A DNA stretch of 64,000 nucleotides from Euryarchaeota archaeon UBA256. GTDB taxonomy: Archaea > Thermoplasmatota > Poseidoniia > Poseidoniales > Poseidoniaceae. This document shows positions 1 through 9,874 of the stretch, one piece after another. The DNA lies in assembly GCA_002494645.1 (NCBI GenBank), contig DACE01000041.1:4389-68388 (forward strand), given 5' to 3'. A program made the position numbers and the translations under genes. Positions within the stretch are counted from its first letter, which is position 1. Each line of letters starts with the position of its first letter. The notes below the pieces were generated by a model. That model had not been told where the DNA came from and did not search any database. It saw only the letters and a list, made by a program, of their open reading frames with translations.

Positions 1-44
1 GGGAATGGCGCGTCACCGGAAGCGAAAAACTTGGCTCCACCAAC

Positions 45-1016
45 ATGTGGAAGGTAACTGCTAGCCACCGGGACATCCAAGAATTCTGCCTCGGCTATGC
101 GACGATGAATCTCTGGCTTGATGCCGAAAGCCCTTGGGCTGCCCGGCAAACCGTTGATGTTTCCATCAGCAGTGATGAAACCAGTCAGAGCAGTTGCTCT
201 GAATGGCAAAAGCGTGGCATTGATGCAGCCTTGCCAGAAGGTGAACTTGAACTCCATCACGCTTTTGAACGGACCTATCTTCAGCGCGGTGTCAAACAAA
301 TTGAACTCGGAAAATCCTATGACAATCGCCCACAAGCCAATGACCTCAATCCTGACGAAGACGATTTGGTTGCATGGGGAGTGGATAACGAGCACCTTCC
401 TGATAATTCCAGTCTTCGTGACCACCCTCTCGACCTCGCAATGACCTGCATGGAAGAATTCAGAAGTGTGGCAAGTGGAGCCACTACAGCACTTGACGAA
501 AACGGATATATTTGGCGAGCGTTGAATCAAAAGAACGGTTCAGCCACCGAATGGAACGTGTCCTGGGTTGCTACCGATAGCACCGCAGGTTGGGTCCTCT
601 TTTCTGTGGCGGGCGATGCAGCGAATTTAGAATGCGAATACCTCTCGAAGGGTGCCTACGACGATTCGGTCACGCACAACCGAGATTCGATACCGGAAGC
701 TCTGCCGATGGAGCAACTCGAATCAAGGTTGATGAATCAACAACGCTTTGCTGACTTGACTGGTGACGAAGCTCTGTTTACATCCACTGGCCTCCATGAC
801 GACACAAGAATCGGCTACCTCGTCGTCGTTCCCGGGTCAGGGTTCGGTTTTGACATCAGCGATATTTTTGATTCCGTAACAGGAGCGACCACCGTTGATA
901 TGCAACGCCAATGGGACGACGGGGATTGGAGCCATACTTTTTCGCTCCTTGCTGACGGAACAGACGGGCGCGTGATTGGATGGACCCATCTTACGGTCAG
1001 GGAGGCGGGTTCTTGA
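45..1016 (+). CDS. hypothetical acidic soluble protein; possibly 5' truncated by the window edge
   Basis: 323-aa ORF with no TM segment, signal peptide or motif I recognise. In-frame codons 3..44 carry no stop, so the true start may lie upstream of the window. Confidence 0.4.
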   Translation: MWKVTASHRDIQEFCLGYATMNLWLDAESPWAARQTVDVSISSDETSQSSCSEWQKRGIDAALPEGELELHHAFERTYLQRGVKQIELGKSYDNRPQANDLNPDEDDLVAWGVDNEHLPDNSSLRDHPLDLAMTCMEEFRSVASGATTALDENGYIWRALNQKNGSATEWNVSWVATDSTAGWVLFSVAGDAANLECEYLSKGAYDDSVTHNRDSIPEALPMEQLESRLMNQQRFADLTGDEALFTSTGLHDDTRIGYLVVVPGSGFGFDISDIFDSVTGATTVDMQRQWDDGDWSHTFSLLADGTDGRVIGWTHLTVREAGS

Positions 1017-1045
1017 CCGACGACGACCGCGGACTTGATCACCTC

Positions 1046-1414
1046 ATGGAACAAAATGAGGCTGAACTTTCCTTTCTCTCAGCCTACGGTGGCATTGATG
1101 GGAAGTCTGAAGTTGACGGCTCCAAGATTCTCGCGGCGCTGAAGCGTTTTTTACAGGCAGGGGGGCTTGCCTGTGAGGGAGATGACACGTCCATTACCTT
1201 TGCATGCGGTGAAGCCTCGGCATCATCTGTTGGTTGTGAATTCGTCTTCAACGGAGACGACTTGCCTCTTGTGCAAAGCGATGTCATTGCGGCAGGTTTT
1301 GACAATGGCGTTTTGGCATCCGACCGTAGTCGTGTGAGCGTTCATCTCTGTGATTGGTCAACCGAACAGCGACGCTTTGTAGAGCGATTGGTGGAACATC
1401 ACCTTCACGGCTAA
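1046..1414 (+). CDS. hypothetical acidic protein
   Basis: ORF track gives 980..1414. The first ATG (MEQNEAELSF) is at 1046, 30 nt after the stop of the upstream ORF. No recognisable domain. Confidence 0.35.
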   Translation: MEQNEAELSFLSAYGGIDGKSEVDGSKILAALKRFLQAGGLACEGDDTSITFACGEASASSVGCEFVFNGDDLPLVQSDVIAAGFDNGVLASDRSRVSVHLCDWSTEQRRFVERLVEHHLHG

Positions 1415-1422
1415 GTTGGTCT

Positions 1423-2004
1423 TCAATTCCGCCGAACATAGGCAGCATATACAAGGACGGTCATCAGAACACCAATCCCGATCGAGGGTAAAAGGCCTTC
1501 ACTCTCTTCACCCGATGCAGGTACGTTACAACCGTCCCCATCAGCGTGAATTCCGCGATACGTCCCGTCTTCATAATAACAGGTTGACCAAGTTTTGTAC
1601 CAGTCGCCATTCGGGAAGTTCTCGGTTGAATCGTCTTCGTAGGTTGCCTTGACTCGCCAGTTGACGTATGAATGGTCGCTTGGAGGTGAAACGCTGGTTG
1701 AATAGGTGCCATCTTCGACGTCAGCTTCCATGACTTCTGGCGGGTTGCAAACGCCGTTGTTCAAGCAAATTTGTGTGGTGATGGCGATGGTTGTACCGTT
1801 GTTCTGAGCGGCATCATCCAATTGAACGGAGAGTGACCAAGATGCCCCGTCTTGAGAGGGAGTAGTTCGTTCAACGACGCTGAACGGGACCTCGTTTTCA
1901 TCAGGGTTGACATCCTGTCCGCCCTCGCTTCCAGCAGCGAGTGAGGTGGGCAGGAAGGAAGTCAAAACGAGAAGGGACAAGAGAAGCGGAATGGATTGCC
2001 TCAT
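1423..2004 (-). CDS. secreted protein with C-terminal membrane anchor
   Basis: N-terminal signal peptide (MRQSIPLLLSLLVLTSFLPTSLAA), acidic Cys-containing ectodomain, C-terminal TM helix and basic tail (IGIGVLMTVLVYAAYVRRN). Confidence 0.55.
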   Translation of the reverse strand: MRQSIPLLLSLLVLTSFLPTSLAAGSEGGQDVNPDENEVPFSVVERTTPSQDGASWSLSVQLDDAAQNNGTTIAITTQICLNNGVCNPPEVMEADVEDGTYSTSVSPPSDHSYVNWRVKATYEDDSTENFPNGDWYKTWSTCYYEDGTYRGIHADGDGCNVPASGEESEGLLPSIGIGVLMTVLVYAAYVRRN

Positions 2005-2061
2005 GGTAATAAAGAGGAGGCCGTCCTTCTTTTAGGTTCCTCATACAATCCCATGGACCCC

Positions 2062-2550
2062 TTATTCCATCCCCCAAAGTTCATCGCCGACCCAATGCAT
2101 GGTTTTCACACCCTTCCCTTTGGTCTCAGTGACGAGGTTTTCCGCATCGTGGACGGCCCATCCCAAAGCCAACGGACGCTTGTGTGTCATGTCCCGAATC
2201 CAAACCAAATCTCCGGCTTCAACAGAGGCTTCTGCTGCGTGGATTCCGGCCACCATACAATCTGCCCCGTTCATCAAAAATGGAATGGCCCCATGGTCCA
2301 CTTCAACCCATTTTTGAGCGTCAAGGTTGTCAAGAAAGCCACGCAGCGTTAGGAAGACACAACGCTGATCTTCATCGTCAACCACCTCCACAACGATTGG
2401 CGTCTTTTCAACGAACACCATCGTCCAGGGTCCGTATTCCGCCATTTCGAGAAAACCACCGTCAACGTTGAGATCCACGCCAAGGTCTTGTTCGAGCCTC
2501 TTGAGCAGTGGCGCGATGTTTTTTCGGCGCACAGGGCGACGTTTTCGCAT
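2062..2550 (-). CDS. PUA-domain RNA-binding protein (archaeal pre-PUA + PUA type)
   Basis: The C-terminal half (GDLVWIRDMTHKRPLALGWAVHDAENL...GKGVKTMHWVGDELW) looks like a PUA domain. Basic N-terminus MRKRRPVRRK. Start chosen at the internal ATG; the ORF track extends to 2703. Confidence 0.55.
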   Translation of the reverse strand: MRKRRPVRRKNIAPLLKRLEQDLGVDLNVDGGFLEMAEYGPWTMVFVEKTPIVVEVVDDEDQRCVFLTLRGFLDNLDAQKWVEVDHGAIPFLMNGADCMVAGIHAAEASVEAGDLVWIRDMTHKRPLALGWAVHDAENLVTETKGKGVKTMHWVGDELWGME

Positions 2551-2643
2551 GGACCATTCATTCGTCATATTCATCGCTCGCGATGCTGGATTATCATTCT
2601 TCGTCAGCGCGTTCTTCATGTGCACTCGCTTCTTGCCCCATAC

Positions 2644-3252
2644 ATGGCGATGTGGTGCACGATTCGGACCTTCAGTAAGCATGCTCTGGAATTGGGCAAT
2701 CAACCACCCAGTGAGCCGATTATTTTCGTCAAGCCGGACGGATGCCTGCTCGAGAGCGACATCATCCCCGTGAGTTCACATCCCGGAGAAGTACATCATG
2801 AGGTTGAATGCGTAGTCTTCATCGGGGAAGACCTTCAGCCAACGGGACTTGCCGTAGGTTTGGACCTCACGGACCGAGCAGCCCAATCTGCACTGCGTGC
2901 CGAGCAATTACCATGGGCGAAGGCAAAATGTTTCGCTGCAAGTGCCGTGGTTGGCAATGCCGCCAAGTATGATGGTGCATGGCAGGACATTCATCAACGC
3001 GAGTTAGGCTTGCACCTCACCCTGCACGTCAATGGCGAACTTCGTCAGGCGGCTTCACTGTCTGAAATTTCTGTGACACCTCACCAACAAATCGAGGCAC
3101 TCAAAGCATGGTCGCCGGTTCGCCAAGGCGACCTATTGTTCACCGGAACTCCCGAAGGTGTAGGGCAATTATTGCCCGGGGACCGTCTGCATGCTCAACT
3201 CCTCAACGCACAAGGAAGGGTACTTTCCGAAATTGTTGCGCGCTGTGAGTGA
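2644..3252 (+). CDS. fumarylacetoacetate hydrolase (FAH) family protein
   Basis: HALELGNQPPSEPIIFVKP...HHEVECVVFIG...DLLFTGTPEGVG matches the FAH-fold catalytic domain pattern. Start uncertain (ORF track 2488). Confidence 0.7.
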   Translation: MAMWCTIRTFSKHALELGNQPPSEPIIFVKPDGCLLESDIIPVSSHPGEVHHEVECVVFIGEDLQPTGLAVGLDLTDRAAQSALRAEQLPWAKAKCFAASAVVGNAAKYDGAWQDIHQRELGLHLTLHVNGELRQAASLSEISVTPHQQIEALKAWSPVRQGDLLFTGTPEGVGQLLPGDRLHAQLLNAQGRVLSEIVARCE

Positions 3253-3259
3253 GGGTTGA

Positions 3260-3269
3260 TTTCATATAG
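3260..3269 (+). promoter_or_regulatory. TATA-box-like element TTTCATATAG upstream of rps8e
   Basis: AT-rich 10-mer about 40 nt upstream of ATG 3306. The identical 10-mer precedes tuf. GGAGG Shine-Dalgarno at 3294-3298. Confidence 0.5.
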
Positions 3270-3305
3270 CCTGTGCTGGTCGGTGGCGACGCAGGAGGCT
3301 TGATT

Positions 3306-3686
3306 ATGGCTCAATGGCACGGAATTTCACGACGCAAACCATCAGGTGGACGAAAGGTACAGGCACGCGGTAAGCGAGCAACTGAAATCTCCACTGAGAA
3401 GCAATTCGCTCTCGTTGGCGAACCCAAGCGAAAGGTCTACCGCAAGACAGGTGGCAACATCATGGTCCGTGTGATGGCAGCCAACCAAGTCAGCATCAAC
3501 AATTCAAAAACTGGAAAAACCGTTCTCGGTGAAATCCACAGCGTGATTGAGAACGCTTCTGACCCGAACTACGTTCGACGAAATATCTTGGTCAAGGGCG
3601 CAGTTATTGAAACCAATAAAGGCCCTGTCCGAATCACATCCCGCCCAGGAAAAGACGGCGTTATCAACGGCGTTCTCCTCGAGTGA
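3306..3686 (+). CDS. rps8e: 30S ribosomal protein S8e
   Basis: MAQWHGISRRKPSGGRK... N-terminus typical of S8e. SD precedes ATG 3306. Confidence 0.9.
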   Translation: MAQWHGISRRKPSGGRKVQARGKRATEISTEKQFALVGEPKRKVYRKTGGNIMVRVMAANQVSINNSKTGKTVLGEIHSVIENASDPNYVRRNILVKGAVIETNKGPVRITSRPGKDGVINGVLLE

Positions 3687-3739
3687 AGCAAGCGACGGCT
3701 TCAAGGATACGGGGCACAACCCCCTGTTGAGGCGAGAAC

Positions 3740-4186
3740 ATGGATCACAACCCAGACCGAATTTGCGTTTGGCCTGGGTATTTTGATTTGAAATCCTCAC
3801 GACGAAGTGGACGACGAGTTCCCAAGGATGCTTCTGTCCTCAAGCCAGATTTGGAAGGCCTGTTCATGGCAGCCCGGCAGGTTGGTTTGAAAAAAATCAA
3901 GCGTGAAGAAAACATTTCACATCCTCGCCGCCCTAATGTAAGGGAAGGACGCCTTTGGGTTTCGGCTGCAGGCGCCAAGGATTCAATCGGCGCAAGTACG
4001 AAGGAGGAAGTGCTGCAACTCATCGGTGGGCAATGGCGACAAATGCAGCGCGACCAACGACAAGCCGACAAACAACAAAGCGTCAGTCAACCGAAAGCGG
4101 GGGACCGTCGTGCACGAGCTCAGCGAAAATCACCTACCAACCAATCCGGTGGTTTCAAGAAGCGTAAGAGTTTCAAAAAGCGCTGA
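3740..4186 (+). CDS. srp19: signal recognition particle protein SRP19 with Lys/Arg-rich C-terminal extension
   Basis: ICVWPGYFDLKSSRRSGRRVPK matches the SRP19 signature. About 50 extra basic residues at the C-terminus. Confidence 0.8.
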   Translation: MDHNPDRICVWPGYFDLKSSRRSGRRVPKDASVLKPDLEGLFMAARQVGLKKIKREENISHPRRPNVREGRLWVSAAGAKDSIGASTKEEVLQLIGGQWRQMQRDQRQADKQQSVSQPKAGDRRARAQRKSPTNQSGGFKKRKSFKKR

Positions 4187-4230
4187 ATTTGAAAACATGG
4201 TTTGATAACCTTTGCCTCCTTTTTCCTAAC

Positions 4231-4749
4231 ATGCGAACCGCAGTAGCCTTGTTCCTTGCTTTGCTTCTGCTTGCACCTTTGCAAGGCGACCTCGCGCCGG
4301 TTGCAGATGCACCTCCGTTCCAAGACCAATCGTCCAACGAGACGATTATCTCCGTTGACAGCACCAACCTTCGTTTTTCTCCATCCAGCGTGACGGTTAC
4401 CGAAGGCGAAACAGTTCGCTTCTTCTGGAGTGGACAAGCACTGCCTCACAATGCTGTAGAAGCCAATGGTGTGTTTGATTCAGGTGAGCCCGACAGAAAT
4501 GTCGACTACGTCTTTACGTTCGAACTCGGTATGAACGGGACCTACGATTTCGTCTGCGAGCCCCACGCAGCCTTGGGAATGGTGGGCCAAATCATCGTCG
4601 AGCCAGCGCCAACTCCACCACCTACAAATCAATCAGACAATGAAAGCAACATGAGCGAAAACGAAGACATGGACACACCTGCGCTTCCCATCGTCATGGC
4701 GATCACAGCAGTATTGGTCGCCGCAGCGGTCCGAACTCGCAGGGATTAA
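4231..4749 (+). CDS. membrane-anchored type-1 blue copper protein (plastocyanin/halocyanin-like cupredoxin)
   Basis: Signal peptide from ATG 4231. Copper ligands LPHNA ... CEPHAALGM. C-terminal TM helix plus RTRRD tail. Confidence 0.8.
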   Translation: MRTAVALFLALLLLAPLQGDLAPVADAPPFQDQSSNETIISVDSTNLRFSPSSVTVTEGETVRFFWSGQALPHNAVEANGVFDSGEPDRNVDYVFTFELGMNGTYDFVCEPHAALGMVGQIIVEPAPTPPPTNQSDNESNMSENEDMDTPALPIVMAITAVLVAAAVRTRRD

Positions 4750-5762
4750 GGCAACGGGTGCAGCCAACCGAAGACATCTTCTTCCGTTTCATTCTGAATC
4801 CCCGTCAGAGCATTGTAGAGTTGAGTCGTGACTGGACCGGGCGCTCCATCTCCGTAGACTTTCTTTGCTCCATCGTGAGTGATTGAACCAATGGGTGAAA
4901 TCACAGCAGCCGTACCGCAGCAAAAGGCTTCATCGGCTTGCATTGCAAAATCAGCCTCAACCTTTCCTTCAACCACCTCATAGCCGAGATGACGAGCGAG
5001 TTGGATAATTGAATCGCGTGTGATGCCGGGAAGAATGGTTCCCGTGAGTTCAGGCGTGTAAAGCGTGCCTTCGCTGAAGCAGAAGAAATTGGCAGCACCG
5101 ACTTCCTCAATGCAACTATGCGTCTCAGCGTCGAGGTAAATGACTTCAGCGTAGCCTTGTGCTTTTGCTTCCTTGCTGGGTTTCATGCCGGGTGCATAAT
5201 TTCCAATCGCCTTGACGCCACCGGACCCGCCGGGTGCAGCGCGGTGGTGGTGTTCAGATATGAGCAAATCAATGGCACTCATGCCGCCTTTGAAATAAGG
5301 TCCGACAGGTGTCACGTAGATCAAAAAAGTATACGATGGGGCTGGAGCAACACCGAGAATTGGGCCACTTCCCATCAACAAGGGGCGCACATACATGGCG
5401 CCTTTTCCAGTGGGTGGGACCCAGTGTTGGTTGGCATTGACAACCTGCTCAACAGCGTCGACAAAGACCGATTCAGGGACAGGTGGCATCTTCAAACGGT
5501 CAGCCCCTCGTTGCATGCGGCGTGCATTTTCTTCGGGTCGGAAGAAGACGATACGGCCAGCCGAAGTTCGGAAGGCCTTCATGCCTTCAAACAGACCTTG
5601 CCCGTAATTCAAAACGCCTGCAGCAGGTGACATCGGGATGTCGCCGTAGGGTTGTAATCGCCCGGGCATCCAAGGTTCATCGCCCTTGGTTTGAGTGATG
5701 TACATCGTTTCGGTGGGGGTGAGTGAAAAGGTGAGGCTATCCCAGTCAAACGATTCGTTCAT
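4746..5762 (-). CDS. ilvE: branched-chain amino acid aminotransferase
   Basis: 338 aa. LNYGQGLFEGMKAFR, IYVTPVGPYFKGG and GNYAPGMK motifs of fold-type IV BCAT. GAGGTG SD upstream. Confidence 0.9.
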   Translation of the reverse strand: MNESFDWDSLTFSLTPTETMYITQTKGDEPWMPGRLQPYGDIPMSPAAGVLNYGQGLFEGMKAFRTSAGRIVFFRPEENARRMQRGADRLKMPPVPESVFVDAVEQVVNANQHWVPPTGKGAMYVRPLLMGSGPILGVAPAPSYTFLIYVTPVGPYFKGGMSAIDLLISEHHHRAAPGGSGGVKAIGNYAPGMKPSKEAKAQGYAEVIYLDAETHSCIEEVGAANFFCFSEGTLYTPELTGTILPGITRDSIIQLARHLGYEVVEGKVEADFAMQADEAFCCGTAAVISPIGSITHDGAKKVYGDGAPGPVTTQLYNALTGIQNETEEDVFGWLHPLP

Positions 5763-5920
5763 GCAGTGTTCACCTCGCTATCTTGTGCCATTGAATTGAG
5801 GCTTTCAATCATTCCTCTCCAATTTCATGACCAAACGAAGGCTTTGGAGATGTCCGTTGAAAATCTTCTACAGATGGGTTCTAATGGGTTCGTAAATTCA
5901 ACCAGTATGGAGGCTCCTGT

Positions 5921-8602
5921 ATGGAAGGTCAAATGGGCATCATCAGTGGACGGTATCGTTCACGAGAACGGATGACCTCTACCGGGCCTCAACCTGAAAC
6001 TGTTTTGGAATTGTTCGGGAGAAGCAACGACGGCTCATCGGTGTGCCTGCTTGTTCATGGGCAACGTCCGACCTTTGAATGCGCACCGATTGGGGAGTGG
6101 GCAGTCGATGATGGCATTCCGCCATTCCTCGCCGACCGAATCAAACACCTGAGAGCCATGGAACACGTGGTCAATGTCAGCGGACCGGTCATCAAGTGGA
6201 CTCAACTCGGTGAGCGACCGGTTTGGACGATTGAAACCGAACAACCCTTTCACGTACCAGCCCTCCGCAAAACGCTTCGGAGTCAATCATGGCAGATTTT
6301 TTCGGGCGATATCCCCTTCGTCAATCGCCTCTTTTTGGACCGAGACATCGGCATGCACGTCGGTTTTTCCGGCGAAGTAATCGACCGAAGAGTCAATGAC
6401 GACAGCGAAGAAGTTCTCGCAGCACTCGTTGAGGCAGGAGGCGAAGGTCGCTATCCAGTCGACATTACCTTGCGATGTGATGTGGATCAATTACAACCCG
6501 TCGATCCGTTCCAGGTTCCCTTCAGGATTTTTTCTTTCGACCTTGAAACGAGCATTGAGCATGAAACGGTATTATGCGCTGCAGCATGGATTGAAGATAT
6601 CGGGAGTGGCCATCGCCAGGTGTTCACCTATCGCGGCGAAGAAGCGGATATACTCAAGCAACTTACCGCAACGGTACGAGAGTACGACCCTGACATTATC
6701 ACCGGGTACAATATTGACAACTTCGACCTGCCGCGACTGGCCGACCGCACACACGCTCTGAAACGAGGATGGGAGCTTCACACCGAATTATTTGGTTGGG
6801 GGCGCGTACCCCTCAGGGAAACAGAACTCAAGCGACAGCGAGACGCTTTGGTACCGAAACGCCAGAGCAATCGAGCATGGAATCTTGCCGGAAGGGCGGT
6901 CATGGACACCTGGTGGCAAGCCAGGCAAGCGCTCAAACCACGTCGCGAAACGCTGTCGTTCGTCGCCACCTTGCTCTTTCCTGATGATGAAGACAAACAC
7001 AAAATGGACGTGGATGCCTCCAATATGGACGAAGAATGGGCCACTCGGCCCGACGAAGTGATGGCGTATTGTGAACGAGACGCAGCGCTGCCCCTTGATA
7101 TCCTCAAGGCAATCCAGGCCGTACCGAGAAAAGAAGCCGTTGCTGCGGTTGCGAAAGTCCCCTTTGAAACGGCGGCTAATGGAAGCACAAGCCAACTTAT
7201 TGATTCCTTGGTGATTCGTCTGGCCGACCAACAAAACGTGGCTGTTCCTCTCACCGGCTCCGCTGAAGCCAAGGTGGGACAAATCACCGGTGGTTATGTT
7301 CACGATGTGGAAGCAGGGCTCCATCCTTGGATTGCAGTATTGGATTTCAAGAGCATGTATCCTTCCATCATGATCGCTCGCAACATATGCTACACCACCC
7401 GTGTTGACCCTGCTCAATCTCACCAACCCGTTGAGGGTGAGGCGCTTCACGAAGCGCCCACGGGTGCCACCTTTCGCCCCGCATCGGCCCGCAAAGGTAT
7501 GGTTCCAGCTCTGCTCGAGGACTTGATGGCTCAACGCGATGAGCACAAAACTGCGCTCAAGGCGTCGAAAAGTGATGGAGACCAAGTCGCTGTCGAGTTT
7601 CACGACTCAATGCAATATGCTGTCAAGATTCTCATGAATTCGTTCTATGGCGTCTTCGCCAGCGGTTTTTACCGCTTCACGCACCGGGATTTAGGTTCCT
7701 CAATCACGGCTTGGGCGCGTCAAAACATCAAGAGCATCATCGCAGCGGTTGAAGATGAGGGGCACGGCGTGGTTTATTCCGACACAGATTCCATATTTGT
7801 CCGATGCCCCATTGATGCAGCAGTACCTCGGCGTATGGAGGAAGAAGAGTTGGTCTTGCTGGAACAGGGGGACAAAGCAGCAATTGCAAAGGAAAAAGCC
7901 TACAAAAAGGGTGTTCAATCAATGGTTGATTTCGGCCAACAATTAGCCCAACGATACAGTCGTGAATCGGCTATTCTTGAATTTGAACGGGGGCTCTCGG
8001 TCTTCTTTAGCCACGGGGCAAAAAAGCGTTACATCGGCCAAGTCGTTTGGCCGAGTGAAGAGATGCTGATTCGAGGTTATGAAACGCAGCGTACGGATTC
8101 ATTTCCCTACTTGACTGAGACGATGAAGGAGGTGTTCAAGTACGCACTCGCAGACCAGGGCGACGCTCTTGTGGAATATGCTATGTCGAGGGTACAGGAT
8201 TTGAACAAGACCAACGTTGCCCCGCGACGTCTCGTCTTAGCAAAATCCTGCAAAGGGCGCGTGGTTCGCACTCCGGTGAAAGCGCCGGAGGACGTCGATT
8301 TCTCCAAAGATTACGCCAACCCCGATAGCATGGCTCAGGTTCGTGTGGCACGGCGTCGTATTGAACTCGGTCTTGGTTTTACTGCGGGAATGAAGGTCTC
8401 TTATCTCGTCACCGATGCCAGCCGCAGTCCGATGAAGGTCGCGCCTTGGCTAGAGGCAGAAACTACGGAAAGTCAAGCCTATGACGGACGCTTTTACGCA
8501 GAACGCCTTGCCGCAGCACTCGGACGAATCACAGAAGCCTTCGGATGGTCAGCAAAAGATTTGATGAAAGGCAATAAACAAGCCTCGTTATTTGATTTCT
8601 AA
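5921..8602 (+). CDS. polB: DNA polymerase, family B
   Basis: Exo I FSFDLET, Exo II YNIDNFDLPRL, Exo III YCERDAAL. Pol A LDFKSMYPSIM, Pol B KILMNSFYGV, Pol C YSDTDS. Normal length, no intein-sized insert. Start could be 5921 or 5933. Confidence 0.92.
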   Translation: MEGQMGIISGRYRSRERMTSTGPQPETVLELFGRSNDGSSVCLLVHGQRPTFECAPIGEWAVDDGIPPFLADRIKHLRAMEHVVNVSGPVIKWTQLGERPVWTIETEQPFHVPALRKTLRSQSWQIFSGDIPFVNRLFLDRDIGMHVGFSGEVIDRRVNDDSEEVLAALVEAGGEGRYPVDITLRCDVDQLQPVDPFQVPFRIFSFDLETSIEHETVLCAAAWIEDIGSGHRQVFTYRGEEADILKQLTATVREYDPDIITGYNIDNFDLPRLADRTHALKRGWELHTELFGWGRVPLRETELKRQRDALVPKRQSNRAWNLAGRAVMDTWWQARQALKPRRETLSFVATLLFPDDEDKHKMDVDASNMDEEWATRPDEVMAYCERDAALPLDILKAIQAVPRKEAVAAVAKVPFETAANGSTSQLIDSLVIRLADQQNVAVPLTGSAEAKVGQITGGYVHDVEAGLHPWIAVLDFKSMYPSIMIARNICYTTRVDPAQSHQPVEGEALHEAPTGATFRPASARKGMVPALLEDLMAQRDEHKTALKASKSDGDQVAVEFHDSMQYAVKILMNSFYGVFASGFYRFTHRDLGSSITAWARQNIKSIIAAVEDEGHGVVYSDTDSIFVRCPIDAAVPRRMEEEELVLLEQGDKAAIAKEKAYKKGVQSMVDFGQQLAQRYSRESAILEFERGLSVFFSHGAKKRYIGQVVWPSEEMLIRGYETQRTDSFPYLTETMKEVFKYALADQGDALVEYAMSRVQDLNKTNVAPRRLVLAKSCKGRVVRTPVKAPEDVDFSKDYANPDSMAQVRVARRRIELGLGFTAGMKVSYLVTDASRSPMKVAPWLEAETTESQAYDGRFYAERLAAALGRITEAFGWSAKDLMKGNKQASLFDF

Positions 8603-8628
8603 AGAGTCATCTTGAGGAAGCCCTTTTG

Positions 8629-9858
8629 ATGAACGGACGACCACGGTTGTTTATGGGAACCATGCTAAAGTCCATACTCATGGCTACAGTGATGCTCTGT
8701 TCTTCTATGGCTGGTTGCCTTTTTGAAGATGAAAACAACGGCTCATCAGACGAAGTGCTTGCTGTTTTTTCAGTTTCACCAAGCAAGAATGTTCGTTCGG
8801 GTGATACCGTTACCTTCGACGCTTCGGATTCAACTCCCAGCGATGGTTCCTTGACCTACCGATGGAATTTTGATGCTGTCAACTCCATTGATATTGACGC
8901 AACTGGCCAACAAGCAACTTGGTCCTTTGATGAGACCGGAACCTTCGAAGTCAAACTTGAGGTCTCTGATGGGATGGCCACCTCAGAGCAAACCCGAGAG
9001 ATTACGATTGTAGAGGCCAGTGCTCAGCCGCCGGTAGCATCCATCACTCAATATGCTGACACGGAAGACTGTGAAGACGAGTCCATTGATGAAAACACCA
9101 ACATCGTTCTTTGGATTTGCGCACGAGAGAAATCAACCACCGACCGTTCAGTAACGGAGACAACAACCGTTGAATTGGATGCTTCCGGTTCAAATGCAGG
9201 TGATTCAGCACAATACATTGCAGATGACGGTTATGCGTGGGATCTCGACCTTAACGAAGACAAAGACAACGACGGAGACAGCGAAAACGATGACGACCTT
9301 GTCGGGCAGACCGTTGATTGGAGCAACGTCGCACCCGGAGAATACGAAATTGCCCTGACGGTCACCAATGATGTTGGCATGGTCGACAGCGATACCATCC
9401 GCGTTTATGTCTCATATGCAGGGTATTGGAATGATTTTGAAATTGGTGGAAACAGCAGTAGTGGGGCAGCAGAAATTGATTTTGACGTCACCATTCACTA
9501 CGACAAAGAAGCGGCAAATACCGTGCGTAAGGTGATTGCTGAATTAGAATACCCTCAGCAAGATGACGATTGGATTGCCGGTGGCTCTTCAGCACAAAAC
9601 AGGAATAAGTTGGATATTTATGCCTTCAATGAAGAGGACGAGGAAGCCTCCAACACAACAGATACTGAACCCGATTCAAGGGATGATGGCGATTGCAACG
9701 ATGATGAACAAGACTGCATCCATCTCCTTCTTTCATCATACATGTTTACGGATACCGACTCCACCTACGGTGATGGAGAGTGGACCATGACCATTCGTAA
9801 CGAACGATTTAACGACATTCATATCGACCAATTTGTCATCCGTCTGCATTACAAGTGA
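8629..9858 (+). CDS. secreted PKD-domain lipoprotein, very acidic
   Basis: Signal peptide with lipobox-like SSMAGC. PKD-like repeat (VTFDASDSTPSDGSLTYRWNFD) and a second Ig-like module. Asp-rich C-terminal domain. Confidence 0.65.
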   Translation: MNGRPRLFMGTMLKSILMATVMLCSSMAGCLFEDENNGSSDEVLAVFSVSPSKNVRSGDTVTFDASDSTPSDGSLTYRWNFDAVNSIDIDATGQQATWSFDETGTFEVKLEVSDGMATSEQTREITIVEASAQPPVASITQYADTEDCEDESIDENTNIVLWICAREKSTTDRSVTETTTVELDASGSNAGDSAQYIADDGYAWDLDLNEDKDNDGDSENDDDLVGQTVDWSNVAPGEYEIALTVTNDVGMVDSDTIRVYVSYAGYWNDFEIGGNSSSGAAEIDFDVTIHYDKEAANTVRKVIAELEYPQQDDDWIAGGSSAQNRNKLDIYAFNEEDEEASNTTDTEPDSRDDGDCNDDEQDCIHLLLSSYMFTDTDSTYGDGEWTMTIRNERFNDIHIDQFVIRLHYK

Positions 9859-9874
9859 AGTAGGAGTCAAAAGC

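Noticed and set aside
980-1016. Programmed frameshift joining ORFs 45..1016 and 980..1414
   Set aside because: The 37-nt overlap disappears if the second ORF starts at its first ATG (1046). There is no slippery heptamer at the junction.
3161-3180. Palindrome GGGCAAT-T-ATTGCCC inside the FAH-family gene
   Set aside because: It is a single short inverted repeat within coding sequence, with no partner sites or regulatory context, so it is probably fortuitous.
6788-7603. 271-aa ORF antisense to polB, plus 6778..7287
   Set aside because: It lies entirely inside, and opposite to, a CDS with unambiguous family-B polymerase motifs. Its composition is Arg/Ser/Gly-rich, typical of antisense frames in moderately GC-rich coding DNA.
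5921-8602. Intein or mobile insertion in the family-B DNA polymerase
   Set aside because: The catalytic motifs are contiguous with normal spacing, and the 893-aa length fits an intein-free enzyme.
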